Of a stretch of 25,361 nucleotides of DNA, positions 1 to 7,867 are shown piece after piece. Under the pieces are notes generated by a model. The model had not been told where the DNA came from. It searched no databases and was given only the letters and a program-made list of their open reading frames with translations. Source of the stretch: Promethearchaeota archaeon (GTDB lineage: Archaea; Asgardarchaeota; Lokiarchaeia; Sigyniarchaeales; SOKP01); the NCBI GenBank assembly GCA_016926735.1, contig JAFGOA010000096.1, positions 1-25,361 of the forward strand, written 5' to 3'. Position 1 is the stretch's first letter, and each line of letters opens with the position of its first letter. The position numbers were made by a program, and so were the translations under genes.

Positions 1-89
1 AAATAATTAATTGACTAAATGATATTTTTATTATTTATATCATTATTTACAAAGCATTAAAATCTATAAAAACAAATCAATGATAATCA

Positions 90-830
90 ATGAAACATCA
101 TATCAAACTCCTTATAAGTCCAAAAAATATCGAAGAAGCTAAAATTACAATTAAAGCAGGAGTTGATTATATTGATTGTAAAAATCCAGAAGAAGGATCT
201 TTGGGAGCGAATTTTCCTTGGATTATTCAAAGTATAAAATCACTCATACCAAAAAATAGAAATCAAAAATTAAGTGCTACAATTGGAGACTTTCCAAATC
301 TTCCTGGAACAGCTTCATTGGCAGCTCTTGGTGCGGCTGTATCTGGAGCAGATATCATCAAAATTGGATTAAAAGGTCCCATGTCTATTAAAGAAGGAAT
401 TATTCTGGCAAAAAAAGTAACTAAATCTGTTAAAAGATATGATAAAAATAAGGAAGTCGTAATTGCAGGATATGCGGATTATAAACGATTAAAAAATTCT
501 TTAGATTATTTATCTCTTCCAGAAATAGCATCAAAAGCAAAAGCAGATATAGTGATGCTTGATACATATGTAAAAGATGAGAAGAATTTATTTGACTTTC
601 TAAATGTTAATCAATTATCTTTATTTATTGAAAAAGCAAATCATTATAGCCTTAAAACAGCTCTTGCTGGTAATTTAAGAAAAGAAAATATTGAAAAATT
701 CCAAATAATATCGCCTGATATTATTGGGATTAGAGGCGCTGTGTGTGAAGATTTTGATCGAAAGACCGGGATGATTACATTTGAAAAAATAATAGATTTA
801 AAAAACGAATTAATTAGGTGTTTTTCATAA
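90..830 (+). CDS. mfnB: (5-formylfuran-3-yl)methyl phosphate synthase (4-HFC-P synthase), methanofuran biosynthesis
   Basis: Family motifs KLLISP, DYIDCKNPEEGSLGANFPW, SATIGD, DIIKIGL, MLDT, ALAG, PDIIGIRGAVC; 246 aa. Confidence 0.93.
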   Translation: MKHHIKLLISPKNIEEAKITIKAGVDYIDCKNPEEGSLGANFPWIIQSIKSLIPKNRNQKLSATIGDFPNLPGTASLAALGAAVSGADIIKIGLKGPMSIKEGIILAKKVTKSVKRYDKNKEVVIAGYADYKRLKNSLDYLSLPEIASKAKADIVMLDTYVKDEKNLFDFLNVNQLSLFIEKANHYSLKTALAGNLRKENIEKFQIISPDIIGIRGAVCEDFDRKTGMITFEKIIDLKNELIRCFS

Positions 831-1360
831 AAAAAAAAACCGATAATCAAAAGATAATTATAAAAATAGCCCAAAGCGAACATTTATATGAAATATCTTT
901 ATGCGCTCAAGATTATATTGAATTGATTGATAATTTTAAAAAAAAGATTTTAGATAATCAATATATAATCTTGACTGCTTCTCACAATGAAATGATTATT
1001 GGAGTATTAATTGTAGAAGATAAAAGTAAACAAGTTGATAGCTTAAGAAAAATTGTTCCAAGAGCTTGTATTCATCTATTATATGTTAGCAAAAACTATC
1101 GGAAAAAAGGTTTAGGAAAAAGAATGATAAATTCTTTAATAATGCTTCTTATAAAAAATAGATTTGCTTCTCTTTATATTAAATTACCTGAAAAGAATAA
1201 AAAAGGGATAAACTTTTTTTTAAATAATGATTTCTTAAATAATCATTTTAAACAAAAAAGTCGAAATAATAATAAGATTTTATTAGAAATGAACTTATGG
1301 CATGATTTTAATGTAAGTGATTGTGAAAATATCCAATTAGATTCATTTGCATTATATTAA
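818..1360 (+). CDS. GNAT-family N-acetyltransferase, substrate unknown
   Basis: Acetyl-CoA motif A (LYVSKNYRKKGLGKRMI) and motif B-like NKKGINFFLNNDF. Overlaps the mfnB 3' end; start uncertain because the GTG lies inside a GGTG SD-like motif. Confidence 0.8.
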   Translation: MFFIKKKTDNQKIIIKIAQSEHLYEISLCAQDYIELIDNFKKKILDNQYIILTASHNEMIIGVLIVEDKSKQVDSLRKIVPRACIHLLYVSKNYRKKGLGKRMINSLIMLLIKNRFASLYIKLPEKNKKGINFFLNNDFLNNHFKQKSRNNNKILLEMNLWHDFNVSDCENIQLDSFALY

Positions 1361-1386
1361 TAAAATGAATAATCACTGAATATATT

Positions 1387-2187
1387 ATGTTTGAAAAAGA
1401 ATTGGGATTTATTGGTTTAGGAAAAATGGGTAAAACGTTATTAGAAGGTGCCCTGAAAGTATTAGAGAATAGAAGAATAATAATATATGATATAAACAAA
1501 TCTGTTTTAGAAGAAAGATCAAATGAACTTAATATTGATCAAGGAATATCGAATTCAGATGTGATAAGAAAAGCAAAATATGTTATTATTGCTGTGCTCC
1601 CACAGATAATTGATAATGTTTTAAAGGAGATCTCCAGTAATCTTCAAGAGGATCAAATATTAATTTCAATTGCTGCTGGAGTCTCAATAGATCATATTGA
1701 AAAATCTATAGGAAAAAGAATTGGAATAATAAGAGTTATGCCAAACACACCTGCTTTGGTTGGTGAGGGCGCAACAGCAATCTCCCATAATGATAAAGTA
1801 AATGATACTGAATTGAATTATATTGTAGATCTTTTCAAAGCTATTGGTTTAGTTGTACAACTCGATGAGAAACATCTTGATGCAGTTACAGGCCTTTCCG
1901 GTAGTGGTCCTGCCTATATCTTTATAATAATTGATGCCTTAGCTGATGGTGGTGTTAAAATGGGGCTTCCAAGAGAGATTGCTATAAAACTTGCGGCTCA
2001 AACAGTGCTTGGTGCCGCAAAAATGGTTATTGATACACAATTACATCCTTCCATTTTAAAGGATAAAGTTGCTAGTCCCGGAGGAACAACAATTACTGCA
2101 ATTCATCAACTTGAAGAATCCAAAATAAGAGCTGCAATGATTTCTGCTGTTGAAGCAGCCACTTTAAAATCAAGATCGATGAAATAA
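1387..2187 (+). CDS. proC: Pyrroline-5-carboxylate reductase
   Basis: GFIGLGKMG Rossmann motif, ISIAAGV, RVMPNTP, TGLSGSGPAY, VASPGGTT. Confidence 0.97.
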   Translation: MFEKELGFIGLGKMGKTLLEGALKVLENRRIIIYDINKSVLEERSNELNIDQGISNSDVIRKAKYVIIAVLPQIIDNVLKEISSNLQEDQILISIAAGVSIDHIEKSIGKRIGIIRVMPNTPALVGEGATAISHNDKVNDTELNYIVDLFKAIGLVVQLDEKHLDAVTGLSGSGPAYIFIIIDALADGGVKMGLPREIAIKLAAQTVLGAAKMVIDTQLHPSILKDKVASPGGTTITAIHQLEESKIRAAMISAVEAATLKSRSMK

Positions 2188-2193
2188 AATACT

Positions 2194-3147
2194 TTATATT
2201 TTATAACCTTTTTCATCAATCCTTAAAACATATATTTTCCTTTTATTCTGATATGATTCAAATATCTCTTTTATCTTTCTTCTATCCTTATCTTCACAAA
2301 TAGCATAAATTGAACGTCCTAATTGATTCATACTTGCCCCTATAATTTTTTCTTGTTTTAATTGAGAAAGTAATTCTCTAACATTAACTAGATCTAATAA
2401 ATCAATAAGATTTGTTTTTTCAACAAATTCTAAAGACAATTCTGCAAATGTATTGATATTTGGATTTTTTATAAATCTTTGAAAAATTTCTTTTCCTACT
2501 TTAATTATAACAGAACGTACTTTTTCATCAGCTAAAATATTGTTTGTAGATATTTTACCAAAAGAGGTAGTAATTACCTTAATATTTTTTGGGACATAAA
2601 TCTTCTCACAAACACACGGATATCCTCCTTCTTTTAAAATAGATAATCCAGGATTTAATTGACCGCAAACAGTACCCAACCCTGTTTTATTTATTACTTC
2701 CGAAATATGTGCTATTCTCCCACATTCATGAATTGTAAACCCTAAATTTAATATCTTATTTAAACCAAATATTAATCCTAAAGCTCCAGACCCACTGGCT
2801 CCATATCCTGATTCTACGGGTAAATCAAAATTGTGATAAACATTGATATTTATTGGTTTTGTTATTAAATGCTTTATAGATTTAAATATATAATAGGAAG
2901 TCCCAGCTTTTTGATCTAGTTTTTTTCCATTTATATAAATGTTACATATTGTATCGTTATTACTTTCTAAAGTTTGAGTATTAATTATAGTTGTTCCATA
3001 AGCATTTAAAGTAAATCCCACTCCCCTAGATCCAATATTCGCAGGATCTGAAGAATGAACTTCATTATTTTTATTTACAATTTCAAAAAAACCAGTAATT
3101 CTATGAGGAACTTTTATAGTAAAATCTCTGTGATTTTCAATCGTCAA
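2194..3147 (-). CDS. pok: Archaeal pantoate kinase (GHMP kinase family), CoA biosynthesis
   Basis: N-terminal VPHRITGFF, GSRGVG, GHMP loop LPVESGYGASGSGAL, AHISEVINKTGLGTV, GASMNQLG; TTG start. Confidence 0.88.
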   Translation of the reverse strand: MTIENHRDFTIKVPHRITGFFEIVNKNNEVHSSDPANIGSRGVGFTLNAYGTTIINTQTLESNNDTICNIYINGKKLDQKAGTSYYIFKSIKHLITKPININVYHNFDLPVESGYGASGSGALGLIFGLNKILNLGFTIHECGRIAHISEVINKTGLGTVCGQLNPGLSILKEGGYPCVCEKIYVPKNIKVITTSFGKISTNNILADEKVRSVIIKVGKEIFQRFIKNPNINTFAELSLEFVEKTNLIDLLDLVNVRELLSQLKQEKIIGASMNQLGRSIYAICEDKDRRKIKEIFESYQNKRKIYVLRIDEKGYKI

Positions 3148-3239
3148 TATTAATAAACCAATTCTATAGGGTATGTAATAGATAATTTCTTTTTAAATTA
3201 AAAATTGTCTAGATATTCAAATAGTTAGAATTACGACTA

Positions 3240-3430
3240 TTGAACTATTCTTCCATAGAGGGAAGGAGTTCCTAATTTCTAATATCCTATTAATAAATAC
3301 AAGATATTATTGCACTATAACCTATCTTAACATAAGAATTATAAAGATATCATTTATAAGATAGTATTAATTTATGGAAAAATTATGCAATTCATCCACA
3401 CAACCTAAAAATAGTGGCGTTCTTGCATAA
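3240..3430 (-). mobile_element. Putative decayed non-autonomous IS200/IS605-family miniature element (left-end and right-end hairpins, no ORF)
   Basis: On the minus strand it opens with TTAT-GCAAGAACGCCAC...TTTAGG...GTGGATGAATTGC (8-bp IR TTATGCAA/TTGCATAA at 3383-3390/3423-3430). It closes with GAAATTAGGAACTCCTTCC-CTCTAT-GGAAGAATAGTTCAA. Both resemble IS200/IS605 subterminal hairpins. Confidence 0.55.
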
Positions 3431-3469
3431 TAAATGATAAAAAAACAATCAATTAGATGAAGAATCAAA

Positions 3470-4189
3470 ATGAATAAAAAAAAAATTGTATTAAAAATCG
3501 GAGGTTCATTACTTTTTGAAAATGAAAATAAAATAAATTCTAAGAAGATAATTGAATTATGTAATATCTTAAAAAATATTCAAAATTATGAGACAATAAT
3601 AGTTATTATTGGTGGTGGAACAATTGCAAGAGAATATATTAGATTCATAAGAAATATCACGAAAAATGAATCATTATCTGATATCATAGGAATTAATGTT
3701 TCAAGAGTTAATGCACAAATGATAATCTCTTGTTTAGAAGATAAAGCTTTTCCTTCTGTTCCTAAATCTATTGAGCAACTCTCACTAGCTGTTTTATCTG
3801 GAAAAATAATTGTTATGGGAGGGTTACAACCAGGACAATCAACCACTTCGGTTGCATTAGAAGTCGCTGAATTTATAAACGCAAAAGAAGTTGTTATCCT
3901 TACAAATGTTGATGGAATTTATGATAAAGATCCAATAAAAGACAAGGATGCAAAAAAATATGATAAACTTAATTATGATGAATTGAAGAATCTGATTATC
4001 GAAGAATCAGATTATAATCAAGCTGCTGCGGGAGAATATAGGATATTTGATACTGTTTCATTACAGATTTTAAAAAGGAGCAAAATAACCGTTCTGATCG
4101 GTTCTGGAATCGATATTAAACCATTTAAAAAATATTGGAACGGAAATATTGATAGTTTTGGTACAATTATAACAGAAGATTATAATTAA
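3470..4189 (+). CDS. pyrH: Uridylate (UMP) kinase, archaeal type
   Basis: IVLKIGGS, IIGGGTIAREYI, DIIGI..SRVNA, MGGLQPGQSTT, TNVDGIYDKDP, AAAGEYRIFD. Confidence 0.96.
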   Translation: MNKKKIVLKIGGSLLFENENKINSKKIIELCNILKNIQNYETIIVIIGGGTIAREYIRFIRNITKNESLSDIIGINVSRVNAQMIISCLEDKAFPSVPKSIEQLSLAVLSGKIIVMGGLQPGQSTTSVALEVAEFINAKEVVILTNVDGIYDKDPIKDKDAKKYDKLNYDELKNLIIEESDYNQAAAGEYRIFDTVSLQILKRSKITVLIGSGIDIKPFKKYWNGNIDSFGTIITEDYN

Positions 4190-4740
4190 TGAATTAATAT
4201 CCGTTCTGTCAAGTAGATAAAATTAATATAGAGAGATATAATTCATCATATTAACTTGCATCTCGTACAATATGTTCCTTGAACTCACAAAGTTCTACTA
4301 ACATAATTTTCATCAAATCTCTCTCTGTGGGAACGGGACTCGCTACCTTCTATTTGAAATCATATTCATTTTTTTAGTGATGCTCCAGAAGCATTGATTA
4401 TGTATGTATTAATTAAATGAAATATAATTCTAGATTATTTTAAATTTTCTCATTACCACCTTAAACAGGAATATTTTTTCCAAATTGAGGATTATCCTCT
4501 TTTAATGATTATATTTATTCCATTGGATGTATATTTTCATTCTTTTTATTCTCTATTATACAATAGCTTTTTTATTTTTTTTATAATAAGATAGAGAAGA
4601 TTTTTTTTAAACCAATAGAAAATGAAAATTACTAATTAAGAAGACAATTAAAACATAGCTAAACTAGAGCCATTTCTATACGGATAAGGATTGATAAAAA
4701 AAGGATATGTTTTCGGATAATTTTTATCGTTTTAATAATA

Positions 4741-4775
4741 ATATCTTTCCTAAAGGAAAGGGTTTTCTCGAATAA
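4741..4775 (-). repeat. Hairpin resembling an IS200/IS605 left end
   Basis: Perfect stem CTTTCC-TAAA-GGAAAG at 4745-4760. The minus strand reads TTATT-CGAGAAAACCCTTTCCTTTAGGAAAGATAT, sharing TTAT and TTTAGG with the 3383-3430 hairpin. Confidence 0.45.
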
Positions 4776-4853
4776 GTAATAATAAATTTTTTTTATCATA
4801 TTGCATTAAATCAAATTAGTTTAATTTTTAAAAAATAAATATTTGAAAATATC

Positions 4854-5093
4854 ATGTCTAATTCATCATGGAAAGATCAAATTCAAAAGAAATGGGGTCC
4901 TCATAAACATTGTCCAATCTGTGGTAAAGCAATGGCTCCTGATAAAAGATTATGTTCACAAGCATGTAATGATAATTATATCTCTCAAGAGAAAAAACAG
5001 AAAAAAAAGGGAAGAAGAAATACAATTATGATGATTGGCTGTTTAGCCGCAATGATTTTAATAATGTTTGTACTTCCGTTTGCATCAGGATAG
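4854..5093 (+). CDS. DUF2116-like Zn-ribbon protein with C-terminal membrane anchor
   Basis: PHKHCPICGK...LCSQAC zinc motif, basic stretch, then hydrophobic helix IMMIGCLAAMILIMFVLP. Confidence 0.8.
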   Translation: MSNSSWKDQIQKKWGPHKHCPICGKAMAPDKRLCSQACNDNYISQEKKQKKKGRRNTIMMIGCLAAMILIMFVLPFASG

Positions 5094-5184
5094 AAAATAT
5101 ATAATAATACATATTAATATTACTATTTAATTTAATCATAACTTATATTAGTAGGAGTTTTATTTTAAGAATTTAAGAAAAAAA

Positions 5185-5340
5185 TGCAGGGAGTGGGATT
5201 TGAACCCACGAACTCCTACGAGACTGGATATCTCATCGTATTTACCGTCAACGTTCTTTCTATATAATAGATCTTGATTCTGGTGAAAAGAATTTTATTC
5301 TTAAAATGTCCAGTGCCGTTGACCGCTTGGCTATCCCTGC
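5185..5340 (-). tRNA. tRNA-Leu(CAA) with two introns (32/33: 5278-5307, 30 nt; 37/38: 5230-5272, 43 nt)
   Basis: Acceptor stem GCAGGGA/TCCCTGC plus discriminator A; D-arm GCC..GGC; T-arm GTGGG-TTCAAAT-CCCAC; long variable arm. Removing both introns gives CTGGA-CT-CAA-GA-TCCAG, 83 nt in total. CCA is not encoded; T7 follows. Confidence 0.92.
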
Positions 5341-5416
5341 AAAAATCAAATATCACAATTTATTTATATAAAATTACGATGATTAAATAATTTATTTTTA
5401 TCTATATCTTATTTAT

Positions 5417-5773
5417 TTATTTTTTTAGGTCTTTAAATTGTATATTTATAAAATTAACAATTGATTTTACGATCTCTTCTTCATTATCTTCTGATTTTAA
5501 AAAGAAAAGTACTAAAACTGGTGATTTCAAAACATATGATAGTTTTTTTGCAATAATAGAGCTTGATAAGTCATTTTGTAATCCAAATAATCTAAAAGAT
5601 GATGATGTTGATTTCATACCCTTTATAGTTGGAGGACTACTTAGAGTTATGTTTCCAATACCTAATTCTTTTTGATCAGATATTAAAGCTAAGTAGCTTT
5701 TATAAAGTTTAAAAATCTTTATAAATACTGTTAAATCTTCTATTTGAATATTTTTTTCGACTATTTTCTTCAT
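5417..5773 (-). CDS. Probable proteasome assembly chaperone 4 (PAC4/PSMG4)-like protein
   Basis: 118 aa with pattern FIKIFKLYKSYLALIS...IGNITLSSP...SSSFRLFG...IIAKKLSYVLKSPVLV, resembling the PAC4 family; recognised by eye only. Confidence 0.55.
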   Translation of the reverse strand: MKKIVEKNIQIEDLTVFIKIFKLYKSYLALISDQKELGIGNITLSSPPTIKGMKSTSSSFRLFGLQNDLSSSIIAKKLSYVLKSPVLVLFFLKSEDNEEEIVKSIVNFINIQFKDLKK

Positions 5774-5788
5774 TTCTTTTACATAAAT

Positions 5789-6601
5789 TTATAATTCTGC
5801 TTCTTTCATTGCTTCATTTACTTCGTAATTTTCATGAACAATAAGATACAAGGCTCTAACAATTTTAGTTGGATTCTCTGCTTGAAAAACATTCCTTCCA
5901 TATGCAACTCCGGCTCCTCCTCCCTCTAAAGAATTTTTTGTAATTTCTAATATCTCTTGAATCCCTCCTTTTTCTCCCCCTGCAATAATTACAGGAACCA
6001 TACATCCATCAACGACTTCTTTAAAGGAATCTATATCGCCTGTCCAATTAGTTTTAACAATATCTACACCTAATTCGGCAGCAACTCTGGCTGCAATCTT
6101 CACTACTTCAACATTATGTTCGTCTTCAATATTTTCACCTCGAGGATACATCATCGCCAAAAGTGGCATTCCATATTCTCTACATTCTCTAGAGACTCTA
6201 CCAAGTGCTTCGAGCATTTCAGGATCAGATTTGGTTCCGATATTTATATGTAATGAAACGCCATCAGCACCTAATTTAACTGCCTCTAAAACAGTATTTA
6301 CCAAAACTTTATAATTTGGAGAAGGACTTAATTTTACTGAACCTGAAAGTTGTAGAATTAAACCTATATCCGGTCCATATCCTCTATGTGCATATAAAGG
6401 AATTCCGATATGACCAAGAATAGCATTAGCACCACCAAGAGCTATTTTATTCACCATATCACCTAAATTATTTTCTATTCCCTTAATTGGTCCTACAGTA
6501 AGTCCATGATCCATTGGAATAATAATAGTTCGACCATTTTCCCGATTCATTATTCTTTCTAATCGAATACACTTTCCAATATACCCCGAAATATGTATCA
6601 C
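5789..6601 (-). CDS. aroA': 2-amino-3,7-dideoxy-D-threo-hept-6-ulosonate synthase (class I aldolase, DhnA family)
   Basis: GKCIRLERIMNRENGRTIIIPMDHG, HRGYGPDIGLI, MPLLAMMYPRG, Schiff-base Lys in DIVKT, GVAYGRNVFQ. Confidence 0.85.
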   Translation of the reverse strand: MIHISGYIGKCIRLERIMNRENGRTIIIPMDHGLTVGPIKGIENNLGDMVNKIALGGANAILGHIGIPLYAHRGYGPDIGLILQLSGSVKLSPSPNYKVLVNTVLEAVKLGADGVSLHINIGTKSDPEMLEALGRVSRECREYGMPLLAMMYPRGENIEDEHNVEVVKIAARVAAELGVDIVKTNWTGDIDSFKEVVDGCMVPVIIAGGEKGGIQEILEITKNSLEGGGAGVAYGRNVFQAENPTKIVRALYLIVHENYEVNEAMKEAEL

Positions 6602-6672
6602 ACCTTTTTTAAAGTAATTAATTTGTTTAAATAAATTAATCTAAAATAGTATAAATCTATTTTGAAAAAAAA

Positions 6673-7755
6673 TTATAATGGATAATAACCTGTAAATTCT
6701 AATCCTGTTGTTTCGGAAAAATTATGCATTATATTCATACATTGAATTGCATTACCTGCTGTTCCTTTTACTAGATTGTCTAGAGCACATAATACAACAA
6801 TTCGATTCATATGATCATCTAATTGAAATCCAATATCACAATAATTCGTGCCTGCTATAATTTTTGGATCTGGCAATCGAAATAATCCTGTTTTTTGATT
6901 TATAAATCTCAGAAATGGTTCGTTTTGATATGCTTCTCTGAATGTTTTAAATAATAATTTTTCAGTGATATCCAGATCTTCTCGATAAAATACGTGGGAT
7001 GTTGATAAAATACCTCTAACTAAATTCACTCCATGAGCTGAAAAACCAATTTTTAGTATTTCTTCATTTTTTTCTTTAGAAGAATTAAAATACGATAATT
7101 CTTGTTCTATTTCTGCTGTATGGCGATGCCCGGTCATTTTATATGGTCTGATGCTATTTGCTCTGACAGGGTGATGAGAAGAATCATTGATATTAGAACC
7201 TGAACCAGAAGAACCTGTTTTTGAATCTATAATTATATTATTAGTATGAATTAAATTTTCCTTTACAAGTGGATATAATCCATATATTGCACTTGAAGCA
7301 TGGCAGCCTGCAACAGCTACTAAATTTGCTTTTTTTATTTCTTCTCTATGTAGTTCTGGTAAGCCATAAACTGCCTTTTCTAATAATTCTGGATTACTGT
7401 GTTCTCTTTTATAATATGTTTTATAAATAACACTATCTTTCAATCTAAAATCTGCACTCAGATCTATTACTCTTATCCCTGCTTCCAATAATGAAGGAAC
7501 AATTGATTGAGAAACCCCATGAGGTGTTGCAAGAAAAATAGTATCACATTTTTTTTTTGCTTGTTCAATGTTAAAATCTTCAAATTTTAAATCTGATATT
7601 TTTCTAAAATTTGGATATATCGAATGAAAATATTTACCCACTAATCTTCTGGATGTAATATATTTTAATTCAACATTAGGATGAGCACTTAATAGTCGTA
7701 CAGCTTCTCCTCCTGCATAACCTGTTGCTGCTACAATACCTATATTAATCTTCAT
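6673..7755 (-). CDS. argC: N-acetyl-gamma-glutamyl-phosphate / [LysW]-aminoacyl-phosphate reductase (ArgC/LysY)
   Basis: ATGYAG, FLATPHG, IDLSADFRL, AVYGLPEL, catalytic GC, TGSSGSG, HHP.R..SIRPYK.TGHRHTAEI (LysY-like), DNLVKGTAGNAIQ. Confidence 0.93.
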   Translation of the reverse strand: MKINIGIVAATGYAGGEAVRLLSAHPNVELKYITSRRLVGKYFHSIYPNFRKISDLKFEDFNIEQAKKKCDTIFLATPHGVSQSIVPSLLEAGIRVIDLSADFRLKDSVIYKTYYKREHSNPELLEKAVYGLPELHREEIKKANLVAVAGCHASSAIYGLYPLVKENLIHTNNIIIDSKTGSSGSGSNINDSSHHPVRANSIRPYKMTGHRHTAEIEQELSYFNSSKEKNEEILKIGFSAHGVNLVRGILSTSHVFYREDLDITEKLLFKTFREAYQNEPFLRFINQKTGLFRLPDPKIIAGTNYCDIGFQLDDHMNRIVVLCALDNLVKGTAGNAIQCMNIMHNFSETTGLEFTGYYPL

Positions 7756-7867
7756 TGATCTTAATAATATCTTAAAAATTTTAAATCTTATGAATAATCT
7801 TTAGTTCTTATGAAGAAGGAATCGCTTCATTTTATGAAATAATAATAAAAAAGAGATAATATGGGTT

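Noticed and set aside
644-883. Shadow ORFs in the track (644-883, 1308-1499, 3586-3846, 10575-10784, 11419-11625, 11686-12054, 13137-13388, 14565-14771, 16684-16989, 17824-18021, 20532-20783)
   Set aside because: They lie antisense to or out of frame within well-supported genes and have no recognisable motifs.
4240-4355. Minus-strand frame with an in-frame TGA followed by CxxC (possible selenoprotein)
   Set aside because: No start codon, flanked by several other TGA stops, and no recognisable SECIS or selenoprotein family.
4190-4500. RNase P RNA-like words on the minus strand (GAGGATAATCC, CCACAGA, TGCAAG, GACAGAAC)
   Set aside because: No convincing P1 or P4 helix could be built and most of the region is too AT-rich; it would need an Rfam hit.
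4843-5031. 62-aa ORF overlapping the DUF2116-like gene
   Set aside because: Alternative frame of the same DNA; the 4854 frame has the Zn motif and membrane anchor.
5230-5307. Alternative Leu anticodons (TAA, GAG) inside the tRNA insert
   Set aside because: Neither gives a 7-nt anticodon loop with BHB-compatible junctions; only CAA fits both splice motifs.
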